From: an uncultured Acidobacteriota bacterium
Lineage (GTDB): Bacteria > Acidobacteriota > Terriglobia > Terriglobales > Acidobacteriaceae
Assembly (NCBI GenBank): GCA_963756315.1
Contig: CAVWNI010000001.1
Location: forward strand, 48,801 to 112,800
Length of the DNA: 64,000 bases
Direction of reading: 5' to 3'
The stretch's first letter is position 1; every line of letters begins with the position of its first letter. Under the pieces are notes generated by a model. That model did no database searches, was not told the DNA's origin, and saw nothing but the letters and a program-made list of their open reading frames with translations. Shown in pieces: positions 1 through 9,814 of this stretch. Both the position numbers and the translations under genes were made by a program.

Positions 1-239
1 CTGACGCCAATGGCGGCAATGTCGCGCGGCTGGATGCCATGCTTCTCAGTGAGTTGATGAATGGTCTTCTGAATCATGTCCAGAGCGCGTTGTGGGCCCT
101 GTTCCGGCAACGTAGCAAATGCGACTCGCTCCAGGATGACGGGTGGTTCAGAGCAAAGCACGATGGCCGTTTTGGTGCCACCGACGTCGACACCGATCCA
201 GTGCTTCTTGATGTTGTCGGGAAGTTTATTTTCATTCAT
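1..239 (-). CDS. ROK-family sugar kinase, N-terminal fragment (gene runs off the left edge)
   Basis: Reverse translation from ATG at 239 gives MNENKLPDNIKKHWIGVDVGGTKTAIVL... The DxGGT phosphate-binding motif sits at the extreme N-terminus with no HTH before it, so this is a kinase rather than a ROK repressor. The ATG is embedded in the last codons of the upstream MFS gene (tATGAATGA). Confidence 0.7.
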   Translation of the reverse strand, partial: MNENKLPDNIKKHWIGVDVGGTKTAIVLCSEPPVILERVAFATLPEQGPQRALDMIQKTIHQLTEKHGIQPRDIAAIGV

Positions 240-1521
240 AGGAGGCTTTTCCGAGGAAAGAGACGGCGAGGACATAGAGAAAGCAGAGGGCGGGCACCAT
301 CATGGCGAGTTGGATTCCGAGGTGGTCGGCAGCAAAGCCGACCAGCGGAGGAATCACAGCTCCACCCATGGACGCTGTCACCAGCAAACCGGAGATTGTG
401 CCTTGCGATTCGCGGAAGGAATGGATGGCGCCGCTGAATAAAAGGGTGATGAGGATGGAAGTAAAAAATCCGCACGCGGCAAAGGCGAACGCGGCCACAT
501 GGACGGGAGCGACGGTGGCCAGCACAAGTGATGCGAGCGCGCCGAAGGTATAGAGGCGCAACATGGGTCGGGCGCCGAGCTTTTGAATTCCGGGAGCGCT
601 GGTCAGGCGACCTATCGCCTGCAAGCCCCAGAATAGTGAAACAGTCAAAACGGGAAGCGCGGGCAGGTAGCTGAGCCACGCGCTTTGGCTGGGAGTGGTC
701 ACTCTCACCTCTCCCAGCCCATGCACCTGCTGGAAGAACTTCACGATCCAGGAGGCGGTACCCACCTCAGCTCCCACATAAAAAAAGACGGCGAGAAAGT
801 AAGTGATGGCGATGGGATGGGCGAGAACCTTGCCGATCTCGCGTGGGCGAAGCTGATCGCGGGCGAGCATCTCTCCTTGAGGAAAATGGGAGAGCGCGAG
901 AAAGATCAGCAGCGCCAGGCAGAGGAAAGCATAGTACACATAGAGCCGCTGCCAGGGCTGGCCATGCGACTGCAGGGCGGAAAGGCAGATGGGACCGAGG
1001 AAGGCTCCGATGCCACAAAAGCCGATGGTAAGGGTGAGATTGCGGTGATAATTCTCACGCCGATCCAGGCGCTCAACCAACGGATTGCCAGCGGTTTCGA
1101 GCAATGCCACGCCGGCGCCGATCACAAAAGCCAGAACAGTGATGGACACAAAATTGGCGGCCCAGGGAATGGCGCCACAGCCAATCGCCATCAACAACAC
1201 TCCCGCCAGCACGACTGGTTTTGAACCAAATCGGTCCGCGGCGAGGCCAGCCGGAATTGAACATACGCCAAACGGAATGTAGAGAGCAAAGGCCAGAAGG
1301 CCGCCGGCGAACAAGCTGAGGTGGTACTGACGAATCACGATGGGAATTACCACCCCCACCACGTTCAGCACAATTCCAAAGGTAAAGTAGGAAGCGAATA
1401 ACACCCACAACAGCCGATTGGGCTGCTGGACGTCTACCGTTGTTGCTACTGCAACCTTCTTGCTCGTCACCCAGTCACCCTTTGTTCGAACGTTACTGCC
1501 ATACGATGATCGCACTACCAA
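232..1521 (-). CDS. MFS sugar transporter (FucP / glucose-galactose-type)
   Basis: 429-aa ORF that is hydrophobic throughout, with an MFS loop motif GLAADRFGSKP. The ORF's first codon is TTG. An in-frame GTG near 1470 preceded by AAGGG is an alternative start. Confidence 0.8.
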   Translation of the reverse strand: MVVRSSYGSNVRTKGDWVTSKKVAVATTVDVQQPNRLLWVLFASYFTFGIVLNVVGVVIPIVIRQYHLSLFAGGLLAFALYIPFGVCSIPAGLAADRFGSKPVVLAGVLLMAIGCGAIPWAANFVSITVLAFVIGAGVALLETAGNPLVERLDRRENYHRNLTLTIGFCGIGAFLGPICLSALQSHGQPWQRLYVYYAFLCLALLIFLALSHFPQGEMLARDQLRPREIGKVLAHPIAITYFLAVFFYVGAEVGTASWIVKFFQQVHGLGEVRVTTPSQSAWLSYLPALPVLTVSLFWGLQAIGRLTSAPGIQKLGARPMLRLYTFGALASLVLATVAPVHVAAFAFAACGFFTSILITLLFSGAIHSFRESQGTISGLLVTASMGGAVIPPLVGFAADHLGIQLAMMVPALCFLYVLAVSFLGKASYE

Positions 1522-1608
1522 CGAATCGGCTTAGACTTTATTCATTTCCTGATGCATATGTTGTACTTGACCATCGTCGCCATTGCAGTTAGCCACTGAA
1601 TCTAATTG

Positions 1609-2763
1609 TTAGTTATCCAGAAAATCCTTGCATCCGGCGGCGGGAACGGCGAAGGAACTCTTAACTCGCTCATCGTAAAGCACGATCGCGTCGCCCATAA
1701 TTTCGACGTCTTCGATGGACTGTATCCCGTCGGGAATCGCAAACAGAAAGATCAAATATCGCGCCGTCTTCTTTCCATGCGCGGGAATCACACAACCAAT
1801 GGGAGTTCCAAAGATGTTGCCTCCGCGACGCGCCTCGTCACGTCCGGCACCAAAGGGCGTGGTGCCAAATTCCATGCCTCGTGCCTGGGTGCTGCCATTC
1901 CATGGTGGTCCGGGCCGCGCACAGTTCTCTTCCCACAGGGCCATCCACGGAAAGTCGGTCCGGCGAAAGCAATATCCCACGCCCAGGCGCAGTTTCCAGT
2001 TCATTGCCGCCAGGAATTCCACGTCGCGTCGTGGATCGAGTTCGACGGCGGCGCCGAAACCAAAGCCTTCCGAAGAAAACGGTTGCCTCAGATCCACAGT
2101 GGACCCCACGGCTGTCGCGCGCGGCGCATAGGGCCACGAAAATTCCTGATTAACGGCGAGCAGCGAACCACCTTCATACTCCGTCGGCGAGGTGATGCCG
2201 AGAGTCGCCGAGACAGCCAGGGTGCTTTCAGCGTGGTTCAAAAATGGCGGTGAGAAGGTCGCGTGCTCTACCCATTGGCAGGGATGATCCGCTTCGCGCC
2301 GGTTGTAAACCGTCTCTTCCACGTAGACGACGGTCTCCTGATCCTGCAGACGGATGATCCGTTCGAAATCAAGTTGCGCGACGGGTAGGTGGACAGTCCA
2401 TCGACATGCGGCGTCCGCCGCGACAGACAATTCCTGCGCGTCCCAACGCGCGGAACCTGCCTCGCCGTGAATCGGAAGGCCGGCAGCGTCGTCTTCGGGC
2501 GTCGGCGCTCCGAAATAATCGAGACACAGGGCGTGGCCTGTAAAACCGCCGGTCTCCGATTGCTCGTCCTGTTGACTTCCGGCGTGTCCCGGGACCATCC
2601 AAGGCGATTCCCAAAGGACGTTGTCCGAAGGGGCGCCAGTTTGACTAGAGAAGCGGAAGTCGGCGAGATGGCCACCCTGTGTGAGGGCGGTCATCTCGAC
2701 CAAACCATTGGACAGCCGCGTGGCGTCACGTCCGCGCCAACGGATGGATTCGGCGACCGGCAT
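1609..2763 (-). CDS. Aldose-1-epimerase/galactose-mutarotase-like protein (DUF4432-like), function uncertain
   Basis: Long ORF with no signal peptide and beta-rich composition resembling mutarotase-fold proteins. Start chosen at the ATG (MPVAES...) 6 nt after GGGGAG. The ORF track begins at an upstream TTG (2799). Confidence 0.5.
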   Translation of the reverse strand: MPVAESIRWRGRDATRLSNGLVEMTALTQGGHLADFRFSSQTGAPSDNVLWESPWMVPGHAGSQQDEQSETGGFTGHALCLDYFGAPTPEDDAAGLPIHGEAGSARWDAQELSVAADAACRWTVHLPVAQLDFERIIRLQDQETVVYVEETVYNRREADHPCQWVEHATFSPPFLNHAESTLAVSATLGITSPTEYEGGSLLAVNQEFSWPYAPRATAVGSTVDLRQPFSSEGFGFGAAVELDPRRDVEFLAAMNWKLRLGVGYCFRRTDFPWMALWEENCARPGPPWNGSTQARGMEFGTTPFGAGRDEARRGGNIFGTPIGCVIPAHGKKTARYLIFLFAIPDGIQSIEDVEIMGDAIVLYDERVKSSFAVPAAGCKDFLDN

Positions 2764-2831
2764 TAACATCTCCCCAATTGAAGCCCGTTCACAGATCAAT
2801 TCCCCATCGCTTTCGAATGCGGCAATGGTGT

Positions 2832-5800
2832 TTATTTCTGATCGTGGGGATAATCAATCCGAATCGACATGATGTCGTAGGGATGGATTGGCACGGTGAC
2901 GTCGCCCGAACTGGAAATCGACAGCGGGCCGCCTTCCGGCTTCTCCATCAGGTTGGTCATGGTTGCCGACGTGGCTCCTGGCGGAACATGGATTTTGACA
3001 TCGCTGTCTTTGCCTGCCCAGTCATAGAAGTGGAGGATAAGTCCGTTCGCGTCTTCGGCTTTCTTGACCGCGCTCAGCACTACGTTGCTATCGTCCACTG
3101 CAATAAAGGAATGCTCCAATGGCAGCTCACCGGAGTGAGCTTCCACCTGCATCGCTTTGAGCTTGTAGTTATAGTCGTAGCCATGCCGGACGGTAAGCGC
3201 GGTTTTCCAATCCCCAGCGTGCGGGTAGAGGGCAAAGGTGAAATGGTTGTGGCCGCGATCGGCATTGGGATCGGGAGACACGGGCGAGCGGAGAAGAGTA
3301 AGTCGCAGGACGTTATCTTTGCAATCGTACCCGTACTTCGAGTTATTAATGAGCGAGAATCCGTGTTGCCCATCGCCCAGGTCGGCCCAGCGCAGCGCAG
3401 AGACCTCAAACTTGGCCTCGTCCCAGCTGTTATCCCGGGTGGTGGGGCGCTGGATGGTTCCATAAGGAATCTCATAAGTCGCCATTTTGCTGGTCACTGA
3501 CAGCGGAAAAGCTGACTTGAGCAGAACATGCGTCTCATGCCAATCAATATCGTTCACGATATTGACCTGGTCGGAGTTCGCGTACAGCTGGATATCCTGG
3601 ACGAACTTCGAGCTCTGCCAGTGCCGCGATACACGGATAACTGCGCGCAAAGGAGTCTGTTCCACCAGCTTTACCGAGTCGACCTCGGTGATGGGATTCA
3701 TGTGGTCCAGCGTGCCTGGATCAATGTTCCAAGCATCATCGTTCAGCGGAGTATCCTTGAAGGTCTGTAACTGGTCGCCACAAGCCCCTGGGGCCAGCGC
3801 CTCGAAATTATCCTTCTTGTCGTAGAGGCTGGTAATGCAACCCGTGCTGGGATCCACAGTGACTTTGAGCGATGCATTCTCCATCGTCGTTCCACTTACT
3901 TTCAGGTCGCTCGGGAAGGTTCGCTTACCCGGCACGACATGTAACACCTCATAGCCAAGCGAGGGAATATCGCTGGCTTCCACTAACAGGCGGTAGGTGT
4001 TCGTCTGGGCATCGCTCGACAATACTTGTGACGGTAATACGCGATCCTTTACATCCAGGACGGAAACTCCGTTGGGAGTTGCGGCCGGCATTTGCACATC
4101 GACGTTGACCAGTCCGGAGCGTTCCCATCCCAGCGGATTGACAATCACTACAGGCACGGCTCCCGCGGCGCGAGTGTTAATGCGCGCCTCAACTGTGCCG
4201 AGGGCTTTGGTGGAGACTTCATCGGTCGCCCAATGTACCTGGTCGAAGTCGCGCTGCGCATCTTTATAAATGACGCCAATACCCGACCCGGCGGCGAGAT
4301 CGTGAAACTCGTTGAATAGTAGTTTCTTCCATGCTTCATTCAGCTCGGTTTGCGGATAGGCCTTACCATCCAGCCATGCCAGGGAAGAATACTTCTCCGA
4401 GTTCAGCAACCACTCTTCGCTGTCGCGGATGTTCCGCTTCTGATTCGCCTGAGTGGTGTAGGTGCCGCGGTGATGCTCAAAGTACAATTCATCGTTCCAA
4501 GTCGGGATGGATATTTCACCTGGGGGCGGCGTGGGCAAAGCTCCAGCGCCATGAACCATGGCCTGATAATTCCAGGTCGGGGAGTCAGGGGCAACCTTCT
4601 TTTCAACGCTGCTGAAGAAGGTTTGCGCTGTGCCGAACTGCATTGTGGGAATAACTTTGTCCGGCTGCATCCACTGCTCGCCCTGGTCCAGCACGGCCCG
4701 GGTTGGTCCGCCGCCATGATCGCCAATCCCATACAAATCCATCATCTCCAGCAAGCCCGGCGAATAAGTTCTGGCCTTCACAAGATCATTGGTCAGCCGA
4801 ATTGGGTCGAGATTATTGTTTCCGTAGCTATGCGGGAAATAGGCGAGCACCTTGCTTCCATCCGGAGATTCCCACCAGAATAGCTTGAATGGTAGTGGGT
4901 TCGTCTCGTTGGCCGCGAGCTTTTGAGTCACAAAATAATCGATGCCGGACTTCTTATAAATCTGCGGAAGCTGCCAGTTATAACCAAACGAATCCGGATT
5001 CCAGCCGATGCGTGTTGTCACGCCATATAACTGCTGGAATTCCCGCTGCCCGATCAGTAACTGCCGCACCTGCGATTCACCGCTGGGCATATTCAGATCC
5101 GGCTCAACCCACATGCCGCCGACGATTTCCCAGCGTCCTTCCTGAATGCGCTTCTTGATCTCCGCATTCATCTCAGGATATTTTTCTGCCATCCACTCGT
5201 TATATTGCGACGCGGACTGGGTGTAGGTGTAGTTGGGATATTCATCCATCAACTGGAGCGCGGTGCCGAAGGTGCGCCTTACTACGTCAATCGTCTCGCT
5301 CCGCGGCCATAGCCACGCGGCATCGATATGGGAGTTGCCAGTCAGGTGGAAAGTGGCTTCCTGCAATGTAGGTTTGAGCGGCTCCATATCCTGTTGCGAC
5401 TGGCGCAATGAACTGTCGAATTTCTGCTGGTCGCCGCTGGAAAGCGCAGCCATATCTACATCGCCAATAGCTTTTTCCAGTTGCGCGTTCTCCGCGGGCA
5501 CATCCTTGGCCAGGCCGGGGATGAGCAGAGCCGCCGAGACGTACTCGGTATACATATCGTCTGGATTCGGGCGATTTGGGGCGAATTCAATATGAGTATC
5601 CATGGGCCGAATATTCGTTGACCCGCGGGACGAACTCCCGATGCGAACGGCAACCAGGATCTTATCGCCGATTTTTGCAGAACTGAAAAGAGCAATGGGT
5701 TCCAGATCGTCGCCATTCGCCACGCGTTCGCCGTTGAAGAACAGCGTCACGGAGTCGCTTCGAAACGAAGGGATCCATACGCGGGCGCCGGTCAGGTCAT

Positions 5801-6197
5801 ATCCATGCAGAGACTTCGGGATCTCAACCCAGGTGCGCAGCCATATGGTATCGGACGAGTTCACGCGATAGGGCGCATGGATTACCTGCCAGCTAGAGTC
5901 GTCGAGGGTTACCGATCCGCCATGGTCCACATCCCCGATATGAAGTCGCCATTGTTCGATTGGAATCGAATTAAGTTTCGAGAGCCCTTCGACTACAGCC
6001 TGAGACTGGGGCGACAAAGCCTTCAAGGCGTCTGCGGTTTGCTGGGGGGCGAAATTGTTAGCTGCCCTGGCCCTGGCGTTTTGCTGTGCCTGTGAGGAGG
6101 AACAAATCAAGAACAGTGCGAACGATAGTGCGGCGACGACCGCAAAATTCCTGCGAGGCGAATTCTCTACCAGTACCTCGGGCGATGGATAAATCAT
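2832..6197 (-). CDS. Secreted GH38 alpha-mannosidase
   Basis: 1121 aa with an N-terminal signal-like segment (VVAALSFALFLICSSSQAQQ). GH38 hallmarks are present: GNSHIDAAWLWP and GGMWVEPDLNMPSGES. AGGAG lies 8 nt before the ATG. Confidence 0.9.
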   Translation of the reverse strand: MIYPSPEVLVENSPRRNFAVVAALSFALFLICSSSQAQQNARARAANNFAPQQTADALKALSPQSQAVVEGLSKLNSIPIEQWRLHIGDVDHGGSVTLDDSSWQVIHAPYRVNSSDTIWLRTWVEIPKSLHGYDLTGARVWIPSFRSDSVTLFFNGERVANGDDLEPIALFSSAKIGDKILVAVRIGSSSRGSTNIRPMDTHIEFAPNRPNPDDMYTEYVSAALLIPGLAKDVPAENAQLEKAIGDVDMAALSSGDQQKFDSSLRQSQQDMEPLKPTLQEATFHLTGNSHIDAAWLWPRSETIDVVRRTFGTALQLMDEYPNYTYTQSASQYNEWMAEKYPEMNAEIKKRIQEGRWEIVGGMWVEPDLNMPSGESQVRQLLIGQREFQQLYGVTTRIGWNPDSFGYNWQLPQIYKKSGIDYFVTQKLAANETNPLPFKLFWWESPDGSKVLAYFPHSYGNNNLDPIRLTNDLVKARTYSPGLLEMMDLYGIGDHGGGPTRAVLDQGEQWMQPDKVIPTMQFGTAQTFFSSVEKKVAPDSPTWNYQAMVHGAGALPTPPPGEISIPTWNDELYFEHHRGTYTTQANQKRNIRDSEEWLLNSEKYSSLAWLDGKAYPQTELNEAWKKLLFNEFHDLAAGSGIGVIYKDAQRDFDQVHWATDEVSTKALGTVEARINTRAAGAVPVVIVNPLGWERSGLVNVDVQMPAATPNGVSVLDVKDRVLPSQVLSSDAQTNTYRLLVEASDIPSLGYEVLHVVPGKRTFPSDLKVSGTTMENASLKVTVDPSTGCITSLYDKKDNFEALAPGACGDQLQTFKDTPLNDDAWNIDPGTLDHMNPITEVDSVKLVEQTPLRAVIRVSRHWQSSKFVQDIQLYANSDQVNIVNDIDWHETHVLLKSAFPLSVTSKMATYEIPYGTIQRPTTRDNSWDEAKFEVSALRWADLGDGQHGFSLINNSKYGYDCKDNVLRLTLLRSPVSPDPNADRGHNHFTFALYPHAGDWKTALTVRHGYDYNYKLKAMQVEAHSGELPLEHSFIAVDDSNVVLSAVKKAEDANGLILHFYDWAGKDSDVKIHVPPGATSATMTNLMEKPEGGPLSISSSGDVTVPIHPYDIMSIRIDYPHDQK

Positions 6198-6681
6198 GGG
6201 GTATGCTCCTCGAAATCTTTAGGAATTGCAATAGACAGGCCGTCAAAAATACAAGACGGGCAGACAAGCGGCAATTGCGCCTTGCCAATCATATAGGAGC
6301 GCGACAATGTGTCAAGGCTAGGCATAAAGCGGGACGAAGCGGGGACACGGGGAAATGCTGTCACGTCGGCAGAAAAACGCGAAAATCAAAGGAAATATGG
6401 GGATTTTAGCGGTCGTGCCGGTTCGGTGTTCGCCCCTTGCTTTCCAGTTTGTGGACAGCTTGGGTGACTCTGGCGAGCACCCCGCCGTCAGTCGTCTCCA
6501 GGTTGTTCTGCAACGGCATGACAACACGAATTCATGGTGTCGACATTTCGACCGTTCGATCCAATCGTGGGGTCGGTCCTACTGGCGACTGCATTTCGTA
6601 TAATTCGTTGGTTCGTGCGAAAGTCTGGGTCACGCATCCCGATCATCTACGCTGGGGCACAACCGTCAACGAGGAGAAACG

Positions 6682-8631
6682 ATGAAAATCGGCAAGCACA
6701 CGGGACGTGCATCCTGGCTTCCACTGGTTTTGCTGGTTGCGCAGTGCGCTACCAGCTTTGCACAGTCCCCCGCACAGCCACCGCGCTCTTCCCACTACGC
6801 TGCTTTGCAGCAGCGACTGGCGCAAGGCTGGAACACCTGGGACACGAACAGCGTGATGACGCAGGTATTGCTGCCCGAAGGGCTGGCTGTTCAGATCGGA
6901 ATCAAGCACCAGGGCACGGAGGGTTCGGACAGATTCCTTCCCGCCGCTTTGATCGGGCGCCAGGGCAAAGACGACGAGCAAGTGATTCCCGGCCCCCACG
7001 CCTATGACGGCAGCTATACCGATTTAAGGCTCATCTGGCACGGTCACGTCATCCGAATCCAAAGTGCACACGATGGGGATGACCTGGTGTTGCTCGCGAC
7101 TCCCCTTCCTTCCACGGCAACCTCGCATCTTCCTGCGGAAATCGTCTTTTCCGCGGGGACCCTCTGGAATCGGCCGGGCACGGTCGTGAAGAGAGGAGAC
7201 CGGATGGAAGCGCAGCTTCCTGATCGGACAATCTCGATATTTTTATCGGGCATCGATACGGCCGACGTCAATGTACCGGTTTCCGGCGCCTACTTTACGG
7301 CCGACCTCAACTCACCCGTCGGAATGAGTACGGGCAAGCGGCGGACCGTGGCAGAGATTCAAAGCGTGTTGGAGCGCCAGCGGCTTGCGTATCGACAATC
7401 GGTCGCGTCTTTTGGAGTCCGCGCAACCGTAGCCGATGCCATCCAGACTGTGATCGGATGGGACACAATCTATGAGCCACAGGGTCGACGGGTGATTTCT
7501 CCGGTGAGCCGAATCTGGAGCGTTCGCTGGGGCGGCTATGTTCTGTTCGACTGGGATACCTTTTTCGCCGCGACTCTGGCTGCGACCGGGGACCGAGATC
7601 TGGCATACGCAAATGCCATTGAAATCTGCCGCGAGGCGACGCGCCAGGGTTTCGTCCCGAACTACGCACGCAGCGGGGGCTGGAAGAGTACGGACCGGTC
7701 AGAGCCGCCGGTCGGAGCAATTACGGTGCTCGGACTCTATCAAAAGTTCCACGATCGCTGGCTTCTGGAGGACACCTTCGAGGCGTTGCTCACGTGGAAC
7801 CGGTGGTGGTCGGAACATCGTGACCGTCAAGGTTACCTGGTGTGGGGCAGCGACGGCGAGAATCAGCCGGTGAATCTTGACGACAGGTCCGTCGGAACGC
7901 GAGCCGGGGCCATCCTCGAATCGGGACTGGACAACAGCCCGATGTATGACGGCGCCAGCTACGACGAAGCGACGCATCAACTAGCGTTCGCCGATGTCGG
8001 CCTGATGGGAATGTACATCGCGGACTGCGACGCCCTGGCCCAGATCGCAGACATTCTGGGCAAGAGTGCGGATGCGAAACAACTGCGCAATCGCGCCGCG
8101 AAATATCGTGCTTCCCTGGAGACATTGTGGGATGAAAAAACTGGGATGTTTCTCAACAAGGATCTGCGAACGGGACAGTTCAGCGATCGGCTATCACCGA
8201 CCAATTTCTATCCCATGCTGGCGCGGGCTGCCACGCCTGAGCAGGCACGTCGCATGGTTGATGAGCATCTTCTGAATCCGAAGGAATTCTGGGGTGAGTG
8301 GGTGATCCCGTCGATTGCCAGAGATGATTCGGCTTTCAAAGATCAGAACTATTGGCGCGGGCGCATCTGGGGACCGATGAATTACCTGGTCTATCTGGGG
8401 CTGCGAATCTACCCTCAACCCGACATTGACCGAGCCCGAGCGGAGCTGGCGCAGAAATCCCTGGCTCTTTTCTTGAAAGACTGGCAGGCGAACGGTCACG
8501 TGCATGAGAACTACAACGCGATCACCGGCAGCGGAGACGATGTCGGCAACAGCGACAGGTTCTACCATTGGGGGGCGCTGCTGGGACTGATCGATCTGGA
8601 AGAGCAAAGCCCAGCGGATAAAACCCAGTAG
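6682..8631 (+). CDS. Secreted (alpha/alpha)6-barrel glycoside hydrolase, GH63 / MGH1 / trehalase-like
   Basis: Signal peptide (LPLVLLVAQCATSFAQS). C-terminal motif NYWRGRIWGPMNYLVYLGL is typical of GH63/GH37-type barrels. GAGGAG RBS is present. Confidence 0.7.
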   Translation: MKIGKHTGRASWLPLVLLVAQCATSFAQSPAQPPRSSHYAALQQRLAQGWNTWDTNSVMTQVLLPEGLAVQIGIKHQGTEGSDRFLPAALIGRQGKDDEQVIPGPHAYDGSYTDLRLIWHGHVIRIQSAHDGDDLVLLATPLPSTATSHLPAEIVFSAGTLWNRPGTVVKRGDRMEAQLPDRTISIFLSGIDTADVNVPVSGAYFTADLNSPVGMSTGKRRTVAEIQSVLERQRLAYRQSVASFGVRATVADAIQTVIGWDTIYEPQGRRVISPVSRIWSVRWGGYVLFDWDTFFAATLAATGDRDLAYANAIEICREATRQGFVPNYARSGGWKSTDRSEPPVGAITVLGLYQKFHDRWLLEDTFEALLTWNRWWSEHRDRQGYLVWGSDGENQPVNLDDRSVGTRAGAILESGLDNSPMYDGASYDEATHQLAFADVGLMGMYIADCDALAQIADILGKSADAKQLRNRAAKYRASLETLWDEKTGMFLNKDLRTGQFSDRLSPTNFYPMLARAATPEQARRMVDEHLLNPKEFWGEWVIPSIARDDSAFKDQNYWRGRIWGPMNYLVYLGLRIYPQPDIDRARAELAQKSLALFLKDWQANGHVHENYNAITGSGDDVGNSDRFYHWGALLGLIDLEEQSPADKTQ

Positions 8632-8777
8632 CGCGGGAATACGCCGGTTGCGGATGCGCGCGCGGCCGGTTCAGATATTTCATTCCACAGCGACACCCGC
8701 TGGAGATCGAGTCGTGTCGCTGTGGCAGGTTGAAGACAGATTCCATGCGCCAGGACTCAAAGAGTCAAGGCAACTGG

Positions 8778-9419
8778 CTATTTGTGCTTGAGTACTTTTC
8801 CAGTGTTGGCATCCACGTAGACAGCATAGCCGGCCTTGTCAGTTCCCCACACCAGGTACCAGACTGGTCCCTGGAATCTGAATGTGTCACCAAGTTCCAT
8901 TGTTGAGAGCGGCTTGTCTGGATTTTTCTTCAACCAATCCGCAGCATCCGTTGCGGCGGCCTGGTACGCGGCATCCGAATCGATGTTGAATTGCGAAGTG
9001 TCAATCGGCATGGCGTCGCGTGTTATGCCGCCCCAGGGCAGCGCGAGACCTGCCACCACTCCCTTATAAATGTCCGGCCCGGCGGCGATGGCGTAATCGT
9101 AAACCCGGTACTCCCGCTGGCTGGGCGAAGCAAATGTCGCCTCCCACATAGCTGCCTTGCCGGCCTCATTCTTGAATCCTGGGATTTCTTTTTCCGTGAC
9201 TCTGAGTGTCACGAGGTCGGGAGCCCAGTTGTGAGCGGACGTATACATCGGCCAAAATGCCGTCTTGGCAGGCACAATTTGCGGAGGTGCCGCGGGCTTG
9301 GCGGCCGATGCAGACTCCGTGCCAGCTGAGGGCGGGGTGGATGATTGCGAGCAGCCCGCCAAAAGCAGCACTGCAACGGCGATAGCACTTACCGCAGAAT
9401 GTTTGAGCAAAGCGCTCAT
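8778..9419 (-). CDS. Lipoprotein of unknown function (PepSY-like C-terminus?)
   Basis: Lipobox LLLAGC|SQSS, followed by an A/P/S-rich linker. The C-terminus WYLVWGTDKAGYAVYVDANTGKVLKHK resembles a PepSY-type beta-hairpin. GGAGG lies 6 nt before the ATG. Confidence 0.65.
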   Translation of the reverse strand: MSALLKHSAVSAIAVAVLLLAGCSQSSTPPSAGTESASAAKPAAPPQIVPAKTAFWPMYTSAHNWAPDLVTLRVTEKEIPGFKNEAGKAAMWEATFASPSQREYRVYDYAIAAGPDIYKGVVAGLALPWGGITRDAMPIDTSQFNIDSDAAYQAAATDAADWLKKNPDKPLSTMELGDTFRFQGPVWYLVWGTDKAGYAVYVDANTGKVLKHK

Positions 9420-9814
9420 CAGAGTCCTCCAATTACTGCCTGTTCTCGTTGTTCCACGGGCGAAGATAGTTATCTTCTTCGGGCGCAGGATAGCAGTAGC
9501 TGAGTACTGGGGACAGAGCTACCTAGGGGTTGCGTACCTATGGACGCGCAGGCGGCCCAGTATCTGCCTGCATTTTTCCACGGATGATTATAGACCCCTA
9601 GGACTCAAAGAGATGCGAACTTTTTTTGAACAGCTGCGCGCCGTTCCAGGAAGGAACAGATTTGCTACCGACGAGTTGTTTCAAGGCTTGACACGCGGGC
9701 GGTTGAGGTGAACTCCCGGACGGCAGCGTAATGGACAAACGACCGCTGAGGCTGCGCAGTGACGAAGCGACAGGGGTGTGACTTCAGCGAGCAAAGCGTC
9801 TCCCAAGCAACTGG

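Noticed and set aside
6225-6278. 8-bp palindromes ATTGCAAT (6225-6232) and GCAATTGC (6271-6278) in the GH38/GH63 intergenic region, considered as operator candidates.
   Set aside because: Perfect 8-bp palindromes are expected hundreds of times by chance in 64 kb. There is no repeated longer motif and no nearby regulator gene.
6545-6620. tRNA-like fragment (gttcgatcc, resembling a T-loop) in the long intergenic region.
   Set aside because: I could not build an acceptor stem, D-arm or anticodon arm around it, so it is an isolated short match.
8752-9612. A 13-bp direct repeat AGGACTCAAAGAG at 8752-8764 and 9600-9612 flanking the lipoprotein gene, considered as a possible insertion or target-site duplication.
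   Set aside because: By rough estimate, a 64-kb window is expected to contain tens of chance 13-mer repeats. No integrase, transposase or inverted terminal repeats are present, and the composition matches the surroundings.
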